A stretch of 64,000 bases of DNA from an uncultured Pseudomonadota bacterium (GCA_963749075.1 CAVVLJ010000016.1:128001-192000), one strand, 5' to 3'. Shown: positions 1-10,890, counted from the stretch's first letter. Numbers and translations: made by a program. Notes: generated by a model not told the origin, from the sequence alone.

Positions 1-165
1 GGCCGCCTTGCGGACGCTGGCGTAGATCGTCGGGGACAGTTGCGCGAACGGCGCCGCGACTTCCCATGCGAGAAGCTGAGTGGAAAGGTGCGGCGTCCGA
101 GTGAGAATGGCGATGATCGCGTATTCGATGCGATCAAGGCCCGGCCCAATTCGGCCCGCATTCAT
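1..165 (-). CDS. 5' part of a hypothetical protein, truncated by the window edge
   Basis: Manual translation from ATG at 165 gives MNAGRIGPGLDRIEYAIIAILTRTPHLSTQLLAWEVAAPF..., open to position 1; the ATG overlaps the stop of the upstream small ORF (ATGA). Confidence 0.35.
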   Translation of the reverse strand, partial: MNAGRIGPGLDRIEYAIIAILTRTPHLSTQLLAWEVAAPFAQLSPTIYASVRKAA

Positions 166-248
166 GGCGCGTGCCGTAGGGCGAGCGTGAACACGGCGGC
201 GACTGCCGCCGTCCAAACAGTCAAGTCCCTGGGTAATCCATCGTGCAT
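162..248 (-). CDS. Putative 28-aa small hydrophobic protein
   Basis: MHDGLPRDLTVWTAAVAAVFTLALRHAP*, preceded by GGAGGGGG; its stop overlaps the next ATG. Confidence 0.3.
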   Translation of the reverse strand: MHDGLPRDLTVWTAAVAAVFTLALRHAP

Positions 249-475
249 GACACCCCCTCCGCCCAGACTCCAACATGCCCGCTGCAAAACATTGCGGGAT
301 ACTGCGGTGGCCGGCGTGCGCTTGCCTTGACCTAGATCAGTCGTATGAAACTGGGATGGCACGCCAGCCCTATGGCAAGCCGCAAGGAGCGTGCCAACCG
401 CATAGCCGGCTTATGGGCGTCGCTGAGGGGCGCACGCTTTGCGTGCGGGGGTATGCCGGCTCATGAAAGGAGACT

Positions 476-1732
476 TCAGAACAGCCCCGCACCGGAGATG
501 CCGCCATAGACGCCGAGGCCGGCGGTGAGCACCGAGACGGCAATCACGATCCAGCGGTAGAGGCCGCGCAGGCGGTGCGCTTCGGGGAGCGCGCGGATGG
601 CCAGCAGGATGAGAAATCCGAGCACGAGCGGCAGCATCAGCGCGTTCATGACCTCGACGCCGATGTTGAGCGTGACGAGATTCGGCACGACCGCCACGGC
701 GACGGCACCCCCCACCACCGCGGCGGTGAAGACGCCGTAGAACCAGGGCGCCTCCAACGGGTGGTGCTCAAGCGAGTGCTTGTAGCCTGCGACCTCGCCG
801 AACCCCCAGGCCGAAGCGAGAGAAACGACGATGGCCGCGACCATCGCCGCGCCGATGGTTCCCAAGCCGAAGACCAGGCGGCCGATCCCCGGCCCCATGA
901 AGGGCGTGAGGGCTTTTGCGATCTCGCCGATCGTCTCGAGGCTCGCATCCGAGTTGGCCTCGCCGATGGTGGCGGCTGCCGCCACCAGGATCGCCGCCAT
1001 GACGAGCTGCGTGATGACGGCGCCGAGCGCCGTGTCCCACCGGGCATCCCGGTAATGCTCGGGGCGCAGCTTCTTATCGGCGACCGCCGACTGCTGGTAG
1101 AAGATCATCCATGGCATGATGACGGCACCGATGTTGGCGGCGACAAGGTAGAGATAGTCCTTGTTCCCGAGCGGCATGTGCATGAGCCCCTGGGCCAGCT
1201 CGATGCCCTTCGGATGCGACGCGTAGGCGACCCAGAAGAAGGCGAACTCGAAGAGCCCCAGTGCTATGGCGACGCGCTCCACGCGGCGGTACGAGCCCGT
1301 CCAGACGACCGCCAAGAGGAAGCCCGCGGCTAAGACGAGGCTCACCACGCGCGGCACGCCGAAGAGCTCGCCGACGCCCGCGACGCCGGAGAATTCCGTT
1401 AGCAGCGCTCCGGCCGTGGCGACCCCCAGTCCCGCGACCGAGACCCAGGCCCAGCGCTTTCCGAAGACCTCGCGGATCAGCTCGCCATGTCCCTTGCCGG
1501 TGAAGATGCCGAGCCGCACGGTCAGCTCCTGCACCACGTAGAGAATGGGCATGAGCACGAATTGCAGCAGCAGGAGCCTGTAGCCCCATTGCACGCCGCT
1601 CTGCGCGGCGGTGATGATGCTGCCGACGTCGGTGTCCGCCAGCATCACGACGAGGCCGGGCCCGAGCACGGCAACGAATGCGCGCCAGCGCGCGGCGCGG
1701 AGCCGCCCGGCGTAGGGTACCTGGCTGCTCAT
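476..1732 (-). CDS. NRAMP-family (SLC11) divalent metal cation transporter, NRAMP-related rather than canonical MntH
   Basis: Polytopic membrane protein with GPGLVVMLADTDVGSIITAAQSG (TM1) and ANIGAVIMPW (TM6); lacks the canonical DPGN motif. Start taken at MSSQVPY. Confidence 0.85.
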   Translation of the reverse strand: MSSQVPYAGRLRAARWRAFVAVLGPGLVVMLADTDVGSIITAAQSGVQWGYRLLLLQFVLMPILYVVQELTVRLGIFTGKGHGELIREVFGKRWAWVSVAGLGVATAGALLTEFSGVAGVGELFGVPRVVSLVLAAGFLLAVVWTGSYRRVERVAIALGLFEFAFFWVAYASHPKGIELAQGLMHMPLGNKDYLYLVAANIGAVIMPWMIFYQQSAVADKKLRPEHYRDARWDTALGAVITQLVMAAILVAAAATIGEANSDASLETIGEIAKALTPFMGPGIGRLVFGLGTIGAAMVAAIVVSLASAWGFGEVAGYKHSLEHHPLEAPWFYGVFTAAVVGGAVAVAVVPNLVTLNIGVEVMNALMLPLVLGFLILLAIRALPEAHRLRGLYRWIVIAVSVLTAGLGVYGGISGAGLF

Positions 1733-2159
1733 TGACGGCGGTCCCAGCTCTCTCGTCGGAATAAGCAACTCGATGTCGTCGGCAATCTTGAGCGCCCCAC
1801 GTTGCCCCTCAAGCGTTGCCGCCCGGCGGCCCTAGCGGATTGATTTTTCGATGGAAATCAGCCAAGCGTTCGGTTCTCCCATGCGGTCGGAGTGTTACGC
1901 CAAATTCCGACGGGGCGTAAGCCCTGTTTCGAGAGCCTCGTCGAGGACCGCGATGGCTCGCGCTGGGGCCGCCGCAAGGTGCCGCTAACGGACTTGCGGG
2001 GAATTTCGCAGCTGCCTTAGCCGGGATACGACCGGGGATGCTGCCATTGGCCCTTTTCCAAGGACATGCCCAATGGGTCGTTTGGCCGGATCGGCGGATT
2101 GAATGTTGACCCCGATAGGAACAGACTTGCAGCGAAAGACAACTGCCGGGAGCCGTCGC

Positions 2160-3410
2160 ATGGCTAGCACCAAGCATCATCAAATCTTGATTGTTGGCGG
2201 GGGCACCGCCGGCGTAACGGTCGCGTCGAGTTTGCGCCGCCGCGGACCGGGGTCGCTGGACATCGCGATCGTCGAGCCGTCCGAGGCGCACTATTACCAG
2301 CCGTGCTTCACGCTTGTCGGCGCGGGCGCCTATGACATGGCCAAGACCCGGCGGTCGGAACGTAGCCTTGTCCCAGCCGGCGTGAGCTTGATCCAACAAG
2401 CCGCCAAAGCGTTTGACCCCGACAAGAACAGCTTAGCACTCGAAAGCGGCGACACGCTGACTTACGACTACCTCGTCGTCTGTACCGGCGTGAAGCTGGA
2501 CTGGGACAAGATCGAGGGCTTGTCCGCGACCCTTGGCAAGAACGGCGTGTGCAGCAACTATTCGCCTCTGTACGCGCCCTACACTTGGCAGTGCGTCCAG
2601 GGACTGAAGCCGGGCAGCCGCGCGATGTTCACGCAACCGCCGCTGCCGTTCAAATGTCCCGGCGCGCCGCAGAAAATCGCCTATCTGACCGCGGATCGTC
2701 TGCGACGCGCCGGCGCGTTGCAGGCGTGCGACCTGCAATACTTCGTGCATGCTCCCGTGGTGTTCGGCGTGCCGTTCTTCGCGCGTGAACTGATGAAAGT
2801 GATAACGCGCTACGGGATCAAGACGCATTTCCAGCAAAACCTGGTGGCGGTCGACGGCTCGGCGAAGAGCGCGACATTCGAGGCCGTGGGCGGCGACGAC
2901 AAGGGCAAGCGTACGACCGTCAATTTCGACATGCTGCACGTATCGCCGCCGCAAAGCCCGCACGATGCGATCACGAAAAGCCCTTTGGCGAACGCGGCCG
3001 GCTGGGTCGAGGTCAATCAGAACTCGATGCAGCATGTTCGCTACCCGAACGTCTTTTCGCTGGGCGACGTGTGCTCGACGCCGAATTCCAAGACCGCCGC
3101 GGCCGTGCGAAAGCAGTCGCCGATCGTCGTGCGCAACCTTTTGCACATGATCTCGGGGACGCCGGTGGAGGCGGGTTACGACGGATATGCTTCGTGCCCG
3201 CTCACCACCGCCTATGGCAAGACCATCCTGGCCGAATTCATTTATGGCGGCAAAGTCACGCCGACGTTGCCTCTCGATCCGGCAAAGGAGCGCTGGATCG
3301 GCTGGTGGATCAAGGTCACCGGACTGCCGATCTTCTACTGGAACTACATGCTCAAGGGCCACGAATGGTTCCTCAAGCACGACACGGCGTTCAAAGGCGA
3401 CGCCGCTTGA
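2160..3410 (+). CDS. sqr: Sulfide:quinone oxidoreductase-like FAD-dependent oxidoreductase (type II SQR-like)
   Basis: GGGTAG dinucleotide-binding motif, HYYQP, VCSNYS, catalytic-Cys motifs KCPGAPQK and GYASCPL. Confidence 0.8.
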   Translation: MASTKHHQILIVGGGTAGVTVASSLRRRGPGSLDIAIVEPSEAHYYQPCFTLVGAGAYDMAKTRRSERSLVPAGVSLIQQAAKAFDPDKNSLALESGDTLTYDYLVVCTGVKLDWDKIEGLSATLGKNGVCSNYSPLYAPYTWQCVQGLKPGSRAMFTQPPLPFKCPGAPQKIAYLTADRLRRAGALQACDLQYFVHAPVVFGVPFFARELMKVITRYGIKTHFQQNLVAVDGSAKSATFEAVGGDDKGKRTTVNFDMLHVSPPQSPHDAITKSPLANAAGWVEVNQNSMQHVRYPNVFSLGDVCSTPNSKTAAAVRKQSPIVVRNLLHMISGTPVEAGYDGYASCPLTTAYGKTILAEFIYGGKVTPTLPLDPAKERWIGWWIKVTGLPIFYWNYMLKGHEWFLKHDTAFKGDAA

Positions 3411-3817
3411 GCCCACGATCCAAGCGCTGCCAAGCGGAACGGCGACGCCGGTCATCGAGGCCAATGGCATGGAGCCTGACGTGCCATTGCGAGGGCGCGC
3501 GCTACTTCGATCAAGGTGCCGGTCAATTCCCCGCACCCGCTTGAGTTCCGGATGCTCGGCAATCGAATGCCGGGTTCGGGTCGCTCCCGTTGGTCTCGCG
3601 ATTTCCGGGCTGCGGCCGCTTTGCCCTCGACAACCGCCGCGATGTTGCAGCGCCGCGAACGACGCGATGTGACAGAAGCTGACATCCGGCCGGTTGACCT
3701 GATGGCGATGCGTGCAGTCAATTCGTATTTTCGGGCGGTGCGGACTATCGAAGCGCGGGCAACAGGCGTTGGCCGTTTTTTGCGAACGGCCGAGGTGCCT
3801 CATTCCATCGCGCTCAG

Positions 3818-4763
3818 TTAACGCCAGTCGTCGAGGAGGTAGACCCCCGCGCGGCTGTACCCGACCTCGTTGGGCCGGTGCATCGCCACGCCTTGGATCG
3901 CGGCGCGGAACCCGCGTGCCACCATAAGACGATACGCTTCGTGGCGCGCCAGATTGATCCCGGCCAGCAGGTTCGGCATCCCCACCGTCACTGTCAGCGC
4001 GCCGCACGCATCGAGCAGGCGCGCGAAGCGCTCCTCGGCCGCGGCGCCCGGCCGCGCTGCGCCGAATTTGACATAGCAGCAGCCTTCGCCGGCTTCGCTT
4101 GCCGGCCCCCAGTGACAAATCGCAAAGCCGGCGAGCCGGCCGGCGCCATCGCGCAGCAATATCGTGTCGCCGAGGCCGCGCGCCGCGACGATACGGATTT
4201 CCGCGCCGAGGTCCAATCCCTCATAGATCTCGTCGGTCAGCTCGCGGCAGGCGATTTCGGCGGCTCGCCGCTCGCTCTCGGACAGATCCGAATAACGCGA
4301 CCAGGGCGTGGTCTGCTCACCGGGCTGGGCCGGCGCCGTCATGACCGCGGTCAGAAATCGGGCATGAAAGCCGTATTTCTGATAGAGCGCCACGTGCAGC
4401 GCGCTCTGCGCGAAGGTGAACAGTCCGGCATGGCGGATGCCCCATGCGTCGAAGCGCGCGGTGGCGGCCTCGACGAGGCTCTTGCCGATCCCGTGCGCCT
4501 GCCGGTCGGGGCGGACCGTGATCGGCCCGAAGAACCCGACGCTGCCCCAACGGGTCGCGAAATTGCTGCCAACCAGTTCGTCGTCGAGCTCCGCCCCGAA
4601 GCTGGCGACGTGCTCGGCCCCGAAGCGCCCATAGACATAATCACGGTCGGCCCAGAAATTCTCGGGATCGGGCGCACCCAAAAACGTGCCGAAAGGAGCT
4701 GCAAACGATGCGCCGAGCGACCGGCAGATCACGCTCGGTCAGCGGTCGAATGATGGCGTTCAT
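3818..4763 (-). pseudogene. GNAT-family N-acetyltransferase with an apparent +1 frameshift near 4692-4694
   Basis: ATG at 4763 after GGTGAGGAG gives MNAIIRPLTERDLPVARRIVCSS; removing one base of the AAA at 4692-4694 joins it to FGTFLGAPDPE...ITVRPDRQAHGIGKSLV...LYQKYGF (GNAT motifs A and B). May be a sequencing error. Confidence 0.7.
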
Positions 4764-5090
4764 CTCCTCACCTTCCCGGCTTTACCCGACGTCCACGGAT
4801 TCCCGCGTGGTGAGGCGCGATTTTCTGCCTCTTTGACATCCGTGGCAACAAAGCTCAAGTGCGACGGGCGTAATAGACCACCTAAGCATCCGAAGCCGTC
4901 GTGCTTGAACGCAGTGCGAGAGCCGTTTTGGGTCATTCGCGTCGCTTGCGCGACTTCCACCAATTGTCCGGTCAGCGGCTGATTTCGAGCTTGCCGGTTT
5001 GCTGTCGGAGGCGTCCGCCCGCTACGACAAGGGCGCAGCCGGCGGTCTTACCATTATCAAGCTCGGTTCTGTCCGGATTTGGCGACGCGC

Positions 5091-5327
5091 TCATGAGGCC
5101 GCGTCCCGCCCTCGCGGTGCTGCGCTCGTGGCCTCGAGCACGAAGACGCGGATGGCGCTCGAGAGGTTTCCGTTGCGGCCGCGGTCGATCTCGGCCACGA
5201 GCGCATTCAGCGAGAGGCCGCGCCGGGCGGCGATCTCCGCGAGTGCTGCCCAGAAGGCCGCCTCGAGCGAGACGCTGGTGCGGTGGCCCGCGATGGTGAC
5301 CGAGCGCTTGGCGCGCGCGGCAGTCAC
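5091..5327 (-). CDS. Ribbon-helix-helix domain protein (RHH_4-like)
   Basis: [23 protein letters not shown]...[11 protein letters not shown]; GTG start overlaps the fumC stop. Confidence 0.85.
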   Translation of the reverse strand: MTAARAKRSVTIAGHRTSVSLEAAFWAALAEIAARRGLSLNALVAEIDRGRNGNLSSAIRVFVLEATSAAPRGRDAAS

Positions 5328-6733
5328 CCGCGCGGCCCCAGCATGCCCGCAGGCTGCACCCAGCGATCGAAATCCTCCGCCGTGACGAAGCCGAGCTCGA
5401 GGGCCGCCGCCTTGAGCGTCTTTCCCTCGGCGTGCGCCTTCTTGGCCACCTTGGCGGCCTTGTCGTAGCCGATGTGGGGATTGAGCGCGGTCACCAGCAT
5501 GAGCGAGCGCTCGAGGAGCTCGGCGATGCGCGCCTCGTCCGCCGCGATGCCGGCGATGCAGTTGTCGGTGAAGCTCACCGCGGCGTCGGCCAGGAGCCGG
5601 ATGGATTGCAGGAGGTTGTAAATCATCACCGGCTTGAAGACGTTGAGCTCGAGATGGCCGCTGGCACCCGCGAACGAGATGGTGACGTGGTTGCCCATCA
5701 CCTGGGCCGCCACCATGGCGAGGGCCTCGCACTGGGTCGGGTTGACCTTGCCCGGCATGATCGAGGAGCCCGGCTCGTTCTCCGGCAGCCGCAGCTCGCC
5801 GAGGCCGCAGCGCGGCCCCGAGCCGAGCAACCTCAAGTCGTTGGCGATCTTCATGAGCGAGCAGGCGAGCACGTTGAGGGCACCCGACGCCTCGACGATG
5901 GCATCGTGCGCGGCGAGCGCCTCGAACTTGTTCTTGGCGCTCAAGAAGGGAAGCTTGGTGATGCGGGCGAGCTCCTGGGCGAAGCGCTTGTCGAAGCCCA
6001 TGAGCGCATTGAGCCCGGTGCCGACCGCAGTACCGCCCTGCGCCACCCGATAGAGCCGCGGCAGGCAGTCGCCGAGCCGCGCGATGCCGTTCTCGACCTG
6101 CGCCGCGTAGCCGGAGAACTCCTGCCCGAGGGTCAAGGGGGTGGCGTCCTGGAGGTGGGTGCGCCCGGTCTTGATGATGGAGGCGAAGGCCTTGGCCTTG
6201 GCCTCGAGTGCCGCGAGGAGGTGTGCCAGCGCGGGCACGAGGCGTTCGGCGATCTCGCGCGCGGCGGCGACGTTCATGGCGGTCGGAAAGCTGTCGTTGG
6301 AGGACTGGCACATATTGACGTGGTCGTTGGGGTGCACCGGGCTCTTGCTGCCGAGTGCAGCACCCAGGAGCTCGTTGGCGCGGTTGGCGATGACCTCGTT
6401 GGCGTTCATGTTGGTCTGGGTGCCCGAGCCGGTCTGCCAGACGACGAGGGGGAAGTGCTCGGCGAGCGTGCCGTCGATCACCTCGTCGGCCGCGCGCACG
6501 ATGGCGGCACCGAGCCGCTTGTCGAGCGCGCCGAGCGCCATGTTGGCAAGTGCCGCCGCCTTCTTCTGCAGGCCGAGCGCCGTCACGAGCGCGCCCGGCA
6601 TGCGCTCGCCGCCGATGCGGAAGTTCTCCAGGCTGCGCTCGGTCTGCGCCCCCCAATAGCGGTCCGCCGGCACCTCGATGGCGCCCATGGAATCCGTCTC
6701 GCTGCGCGTCTTGGCTTTCCCCGACTTGGCCAT
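5324..6733 (-). CDS. fumC: Fumarate hydratase class II
   Basis: [21 protein letters not shown] and the [11 protein letters not shown] signature. Confidence 0.97.
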   Translation of the reverse strand: MAKSGKAKTRSETDSMGAIEVPADRYWGAQTERSLENFRIGGERMPGALVTALGLQKKAAALANMALGALDKRLGAAIVRAADEVIDGTLAEHFPLVVWQTGSGTQTNMNANEVIANRANELLGAALGSKSPVHPNDHVNMCQSSNDSFPTAMNVAAAREIAERLVPALAHLLAALEAKAKAFASIIKTGRTHLQDATPLTLGQEFSGYAAQVENGIARLGDCLPRLYRVAQGGTAVGTGLNALMGFDKRFAQELARITKLPFLSAKNKFEALAAHDAIVEASGALNVLACSLMKIANDLRLLGSGPRCGLGELRLPENEPGSSIMPGKVNPTQCEALAMVAAQVMGNHVTISFAGASGHLELNVFKPVMIYNLLQSIRLLADAAVSFTDNCIAGIAADEARIAELLERSLMLVTALNPHIGYDKAAKVAKKAHAEGKTLKAAALELGFVTAEDFDRWVQPAGMLGPRG

Positions 6734-6863
6734 GGCCGATGCTCCCGTCGCTGAGGTTTCGCCGGCCTTTTAGCATGGCCCGCCAGTGCCACCAATCAAG
6801 GCGATAGACGCGCGGGCGCGGCACCCGGTGACATCCGGCCATCGGGGTCGGGAGTCGGGCCGC

Positions 6864-7238
6864 TCAGAAGTCCGGCTTGAAACGGGCGCGGCGGCGCCCG
6901 CCGGCGTCAGCGCCTCGCCGCGGCTTCGCCGGCTTGGGCTTCTTCTTGGCGGTGACGCGCAGGCCCGCCGCGTGGGCTTCGCGCGCCCAGCGGCAGAGCG
7001 CCTTGCCGTCCTCGAGCAGGCCCGGCGGCGCCTCCCAATAGGGCAATGCGATCGTCTGGCCCTTGCGCCCCTCGTAGGTGATGGGGCCCAAGCCGCGCCG
7101 CTCGAAGGCGGCCTTGCTCTCCTCGTCCGCCTTGAGGAAGAGCGCGCCGTCGTAGACCAGCGCGAAGATGGTGCCCTCGAGATAGAGCCCGTGGCCGCCG
7201 AAGAGGCGCCGCGCCTCGACCGGGCCGAGCGGCAGCAT
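6864..7238 (-). CDS. TfoX/Sxy N-terminal domain protein
   Basis: LGPVEARRLFGGHGLY...LFLKAD...PYWEAP; start uncertain (ATG at 7238, or possibly ATT at 7280). Confidence 0.8.
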   Translation of the reverse strand: MLPLGPVEARRLFGGHGLYLEGTIFALVYDGALFLKADEESKAAFERRGLGPITYEGRKGQTIALPYWEAPPGLLEDGKALCRWAREAHAAGLRVTAKKKPKPAKPRRGADAGGRRRARFKPDF

Positions 7239-7308
7239 GAGGGCCAAGAGGCGGCCTAAGAGCGGATCGGAGTGCTGAATGGCGCGGGGCCTCGTGGACG
7301 GCGGGCGC

Positions 7309-8925
7309 TTAGCGCGCGTTGCCGAGGAAGAAGTCGTTGCCCTTGTCGTCGGTGACGATGAAGGCGGGGAAGTTCTCGACCTCGATGCCCCAGATCGCCT
7401 CCATGCCGAGCTCGGGATACTCGAGCAGCTCCACCTTGCGGATGCAGTCCTGCGCGAGGCGCGCGCCGGGGCCGCCGACCGAGCCGAGATAGAAACCGCC
7501 GTAGGACCTGCAGGCATCGACCACGGCGCGCGAGCGGTTGCCCTTGCCGACCGAGACGTAGCCGCCGCCGTTCTGCATGAGGAGCTCGACGTAGGAGTCC
7601 ATGCGCGAGGAGGTAGTCGGCCCGAAGGAGCCCGAGGCATAGCCCTTTGGGGTCTTGGCGGGTCCGGCATAGTAGATCATGCGATCCTTGATCGGCGCGG
7701 GAAGCCCGCCACCGCGCTCGATGCGCTCGGCGAGCCGCGCATGGGCGAGATCGCGTGCCACGACCATGGGGCCGGAGAGCTCGAGCCGCGTGCGCACCGG
7801 GTATTGGCCGAGCGTCCTGCGGACCTCGGCCATGGGCCGCGAGAGGTCGAGGTGCACCACCTCGCCGCCGATCTCGCCTGCGCCCGGCTCGGGGAGATAC
7901 TGGGCCGGGTTGCTCTCGAGCTCCTCGAGGAAGACGCCCTCGGCGGTGATCTTGCCGAGGGCCTGGCGGTCGGCGGCGCAGGAGACGCCGATGCCGATGG
8001 GAAGGCTCGCCCCGTGGCGCGGCAGGCGGACGACCCGCACGTCATGCACGAAATGTTTGCCGCCGAACTGGGCGCCGATGCCGAAGCCCTGCGCGAGGGC
8101 GCGGATCTCCTCCTCGAGGTCCAGGTCGCGGAAGGCGCGGCCCTGGGCGTTGCCGCTCGTCGGCAGGCCGTCGAGGTAGCGGCAGCTCGCGAGCTTGACG
8201 GTCTTGAGGTTGAGCTCGGCCGAGGTGCCGCCGATCACCACCGCCAGATGGTAGGGCGGGCAGGCGGCGGTGCCCAGCGACCGGAGCTTGCCCTCGAGCG
8301 ACTTCATCAGGGCGCCGCGCTTGAGCGCCGCCGGCGTCTCCTGGAAGAGGAAGCTCTTGTTGGCCGAGCCGCCGCCCTTGGCGATGAAGAGGAAGCGGTA
8401 CTCGTCGCCCTCGCGCGCGTAGATGTCGATCTGGGCCGGCAAGTTGCTCCCGGTGTTGGCCTCCTCGTACATGGAGAGCGGCGCCATCTGGCTGTAGCGC
8501 AGGTTGGTCTCGCGCCAGGTCTTGAAGACGCCGCGCGCGAGGGCCTCGCGGTCGCCGCCGCCGGTCAAGAGGCGCTCCCCCTTCTCGCCCATGATGATCG
8601 GCGTGCCGGTGTCCTGGCACATGGGCAGCACGCGCCCCGCCGCGATCACCGCGTTCTTCAGGAGGTCGTAGGCCACGAAGCGGTCGTTGTCCGAGGCCTC
8701 GGCGTCGTCGATGATCTTGCGCAGCTGCTGGAGATGGCTCGGCCGCAGCAGGTGCGAGATGTCATGGAAGGCCGTGGCGGCAAGATGGGTGAGCGCCTCG
8801 GGCGCCACCTTCACGAAGCACTCGCCCTCGAAGGAGGCCGTGCTCACATAGTCGCCGGCGAGCGTGCGGTAGGCGGTGGCATCCTCGCCGAGCGGGAAGA
8901 GCTCCTGATAGACGAACTCGCTCAT
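7309..8925 (-). CDS. Fumarate hydratase class I (Fe-S)
   Basis: [45 protein letters not shown]. Confidence 0.95.
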   Translation of the reverse strand: MSEFVYQELFPLGEDATAYRTLAGDYVSTASFEGECFVKVAPEALTHLAATAFHDISHLLRPSHLQQLRKIIDDAEASDNDRFVAYDLLKNAVIAAGRVLPMCQDTGTPIIMGEKGERLLTGGGDREALARGVFKTWRETNLRYSQMAPLSMYEEANTGSNLPAQIDIYAREGDEYRFLFIAKGGGSANKSFLFQETPAALKRGALMKSLEGKLRSLGTAACPPYHLAVVIGGTSAELNLKTVKLASCRYLDGLPTSGNAQGRAFRDLDLEEEIRALAQGFGIGAQFGGKHFVHDVRVVRLPRHGASLPIGIGVSCAADRQALGKITAEGVFLEELESNPAQYLPEPGAGEIGGEVVHLDLSRPMAEVRRTLGQYPVRTRLELSGPMVVARDLAHARLAERIERGGGLPAPIKDRMIYYAGPAKTPKGYASGSFGPTTSSRMDSYVELLMQNGGGYVSVGKGNRSRAVVDACRSYGGFYLGSVGGPGARLAQDCIRKVELLEYPELGMEAIWGIEVENFPAFIVTDDKGNDFFLGNAR

Positions 8926-8975
8926 ACAGCACTGCCTCGCCCGGATGGCGCCAGCCCCGCCCGAACGCGCCAATA

Positions 8976-9440
8976 TCACTTCTTGCGAAAGGCGTCGAGA
9001 GCCACCACCCGGGGCGCCTTGTCGGCCGCGTCCGCCTCCGGTGCGCCGACCGCAACCGGCGGCAGGACGCCCGCCGGCACCTCGCCCTTGAACTCCAGGA
9101 CGAAGCGCTCGGAGGGATCCTCGAAGGCGGTGAGGGCGGCGAAGGGGATGCGCAGGCGCTCGTGCACCTTGTTGAAGCTGAGCGTCACCTCGAAGGCCTC
9201 CTCGCTCACCTCGAGGCCCCAGAACTCGTGTTGCAGGACGATGGTCATGACCTGCGGGTACTGCACGCGCAGGTGCTTGGGCAGCACCACGCCCGGAGCC
9301 CCGGTGCGGAAGGTCAAGTAGAAGTGGTGGTTGTCCGGCAGGCCGTTCTTCGCCGCCTGGGCCAAGGATTGGCGCACGACGCCGCGCAAGGCGTCCTCGA
9401 CCAGCTTATCGTAACGGAACAGGCTCCTGCTCGTGGCCAT
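8976..9440 (-). CDS. sspB: ClpXP specificity factor SspB, alphaproteobacterial type
   Basis: [20 protein letters not shown] and C-terminal [10 protein letters not shown]; located directly downstream of ssrA. Confidence 0.93.
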   Translation of the reverse strand: MATSRSLFRYDKLVEDALRGVVRQSLAQAAKNGLPDNHHFYLTFRTGAPGVVLPKHLRVQYPQVMTIVLQHEFWGLEVSEEAFEVTLSFNKVHERLRIPFAALTAFEDPSERFVLEFKGEVPAGVLPPVAVGAPEADAADKAPRVVALDAFRKK

Positions 9441-9481
9441 GCGCTTCCCCCTGCTGCCAGGCGCCCTCTTGCTGGGGCATG

Positions 9482-9822
9482 AAGTGGAGGGCTTCTGTTG
9501 CCAGGTGCCCTCCGGACCCCGCCCCGGCGTGCGACGGCCGAGGACTTGAGAGTTAGGCCAACCAGCCGCCCTTAGGCAGCGAGGCGAGCCTCCGCGTAGT
9601 TGTCGTTGGCAACTATGCTATGGCCCGATAACGGTGGAACCATGCCGGACGAAAATCGTACCTTTAGCCGCGCGTCGATCCTGTTTCGCCCCCTTGGGTT
9701 GCCGCCGTCCAGCCTCGGGACCGCGGGCAAGATCGGAATTGGTGGAGGCGCCGGGTACTGCCCCCGGGTCCGCATCGGTTATTCTGTACGACGTTTATCG
9801 CCATAGCCAGGTTGCCCCGGCA
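9482..9822 (-). ncRNA. ssrA: tmRNA, circularly permuted two-piece alphaproteobacterial form
   Basis: Acceptor piece ends GGACCCGGGGGCAGTACCCGGCGCCTCCACCA at 9740; 46-nt intervening segment; the next segment starts GGGGGCGAAACAGGATCGAC at 9693; tag ANDNYAEARLAA* ends at 9572. Outer ends approximate. Confidence 0.93.
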
Positions 9823-9827
9823 CTGAT

Positions 9828-9858
9828 GAATATAGGGATGGCGAGGGCAGTTGGAAAG
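9828..9858 (-). promoter_or_regulatory. Possible RpoH/RpoD-type promoter for ssrA
   Basis: Minus strand reads CTTTCC...CCCTATAT just upstream of the tmRNA precursor. Confidence 0.35.
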
Positions 9859-9951
9859 CGCTTCCGGAAGCGCTCAGCCGTGCCCCCGCCGCCCGTCTGG
9901 ACAACGCCTTGTAGGTTGCTAGGATAGACCCACGAGATATTGGGGAGCACC

Positions 9952-10890
9952 ATGCCGCTGAGCCGGGAGCAGGAGGCCGAGATCGCGGCCTTGCGCGCGG
10001 GCAAGAGCGAGACGCGGCGCACTTCTGTGCCGGCGCTCGAGGAAGTCCTCTACCAGCCGCTCGCCGTGCTCGACCACGGCTTCGTCCGCGTCATCGACTA
10101 CATGGGCGACGACGGCGCGGTGGTGCAGGCGGCGCGCGTCTCCTACGGCCGCGGCACGCGCAAGGTCTCGGAGGACCGCGGGCTCATCAACTATCTCATG
10201 CGCCACCGCCACACCACGCCCTTCGAGATGTGCGAGATCAAGTACCACGTGAAGCTCCCCATCTTCGTGGCGCGCCAGTGGATCCGCCACCGCACCGCCA
10301 ACGTCAACGAATACTCGGCGCGCTACTCCATCCTGGACAAGGAGTTCTACGTGCCGGCACCCGAGCAGCTCGCGAGCCAGTCTCAGAACAACCGCCAGGG
10401 CCGCGGCGCCGTGCTGGAGGGCGAGGAGGCGCAGCGGGTGCTCGCCCTCCTCAGGGAGGACGCCGAGCGCTGCTACGCCCATTACGTCGAGATGCTCAAC
10501 GAGGATGAGGGCGGCGGCGTCAGCGACGCCGGCCGGCGCGGCCTCGCCCGCGAGCTCGCGCGCATGAACCTCACGCTCAACGTCTATACCCAATGGTACT
10601 GGAAGTGCGACCTGCACAACCTCCTGCACTTCCTCTCGCTGCGCGCCGACGCCCATGCGCAATACGAGATCCGCACTTACGCGGACGTCATGCTCGATAC
10701 GGTCAAGCGCTGGGTGCCGCTCGTCCACGAGGCCTTCATGCAGCACCGCATGGGCGGTGCGGCGCTCTCCTCGGCGGCACTCGAGGTGGTGCGGCGCCTC
10801 GCGCGCGGCGAGAAGGTGGCACAGGCCGGAAGCGGGCTCGGTCCCCGCGAGTGGCGCGAGCTCATGGCGACACTGGGGCTCGAGGGGTGA
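9952..10890 (+). CDS. thyX: FAD-dependent thymidylate synthase
   Basis: AARVSY, HTTPFE, RQWIRHR...NEYSARY (ThyX motif), HAQYEIR. Confidence 0.97.
   Translation: MPLSREQEAEIAALRAGKSETRRTSVPALEEVLYQPLAVLDHGFVRVIDYMGDDGAVVQAARVSYGRGTRKVSEDRGLINYLMRHRHTTPFEMCEIKYHVKLPIFVARQWIRHRTANVNEYSARYSILDKEFYVPAPEQLASQSQNNRQGRGAVLEGEEAQRVLALLREDAERCYAHYVEMLNEDEGGGVSDAGRRGLARELARMNLTLNVYTQWYWKCDLHNLLHFLSLRADAHAQYEIRTYADVMLDTVKRWVPLVHEAFMQHRMGGAALSSAALEVVRRLARGEKVAQAGSGLGPREWRELMATLGLEG

Noticed and set aside
1985-2085. Fragments resembling the M-box (ykoK) riboswitch (GCCAATGG, CTAAGGCAGCTG)
   Set aside because: The conserved 5' TAGGTGAGGCT and 3' GCTAAAGCTC elements were not found; kept only as a generic structured-leader finding.
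3411-3817. 400-bp gap with short ORFs between sqr and the GNAT gene
   Set aside because: No recognisable protein motif, RNA structure or repeat could be supported.
9572-9775. 67-aa ORF ending ANDNYAEARLAA
   Set aside because: This is the tmRNA tag reading frame, not a protein gene.
9740-9775. tRNA-like 3' arm ending in CCA
   Set aside because: It is the acceptor end of the permuted tmRNA, not a separate tRNA.
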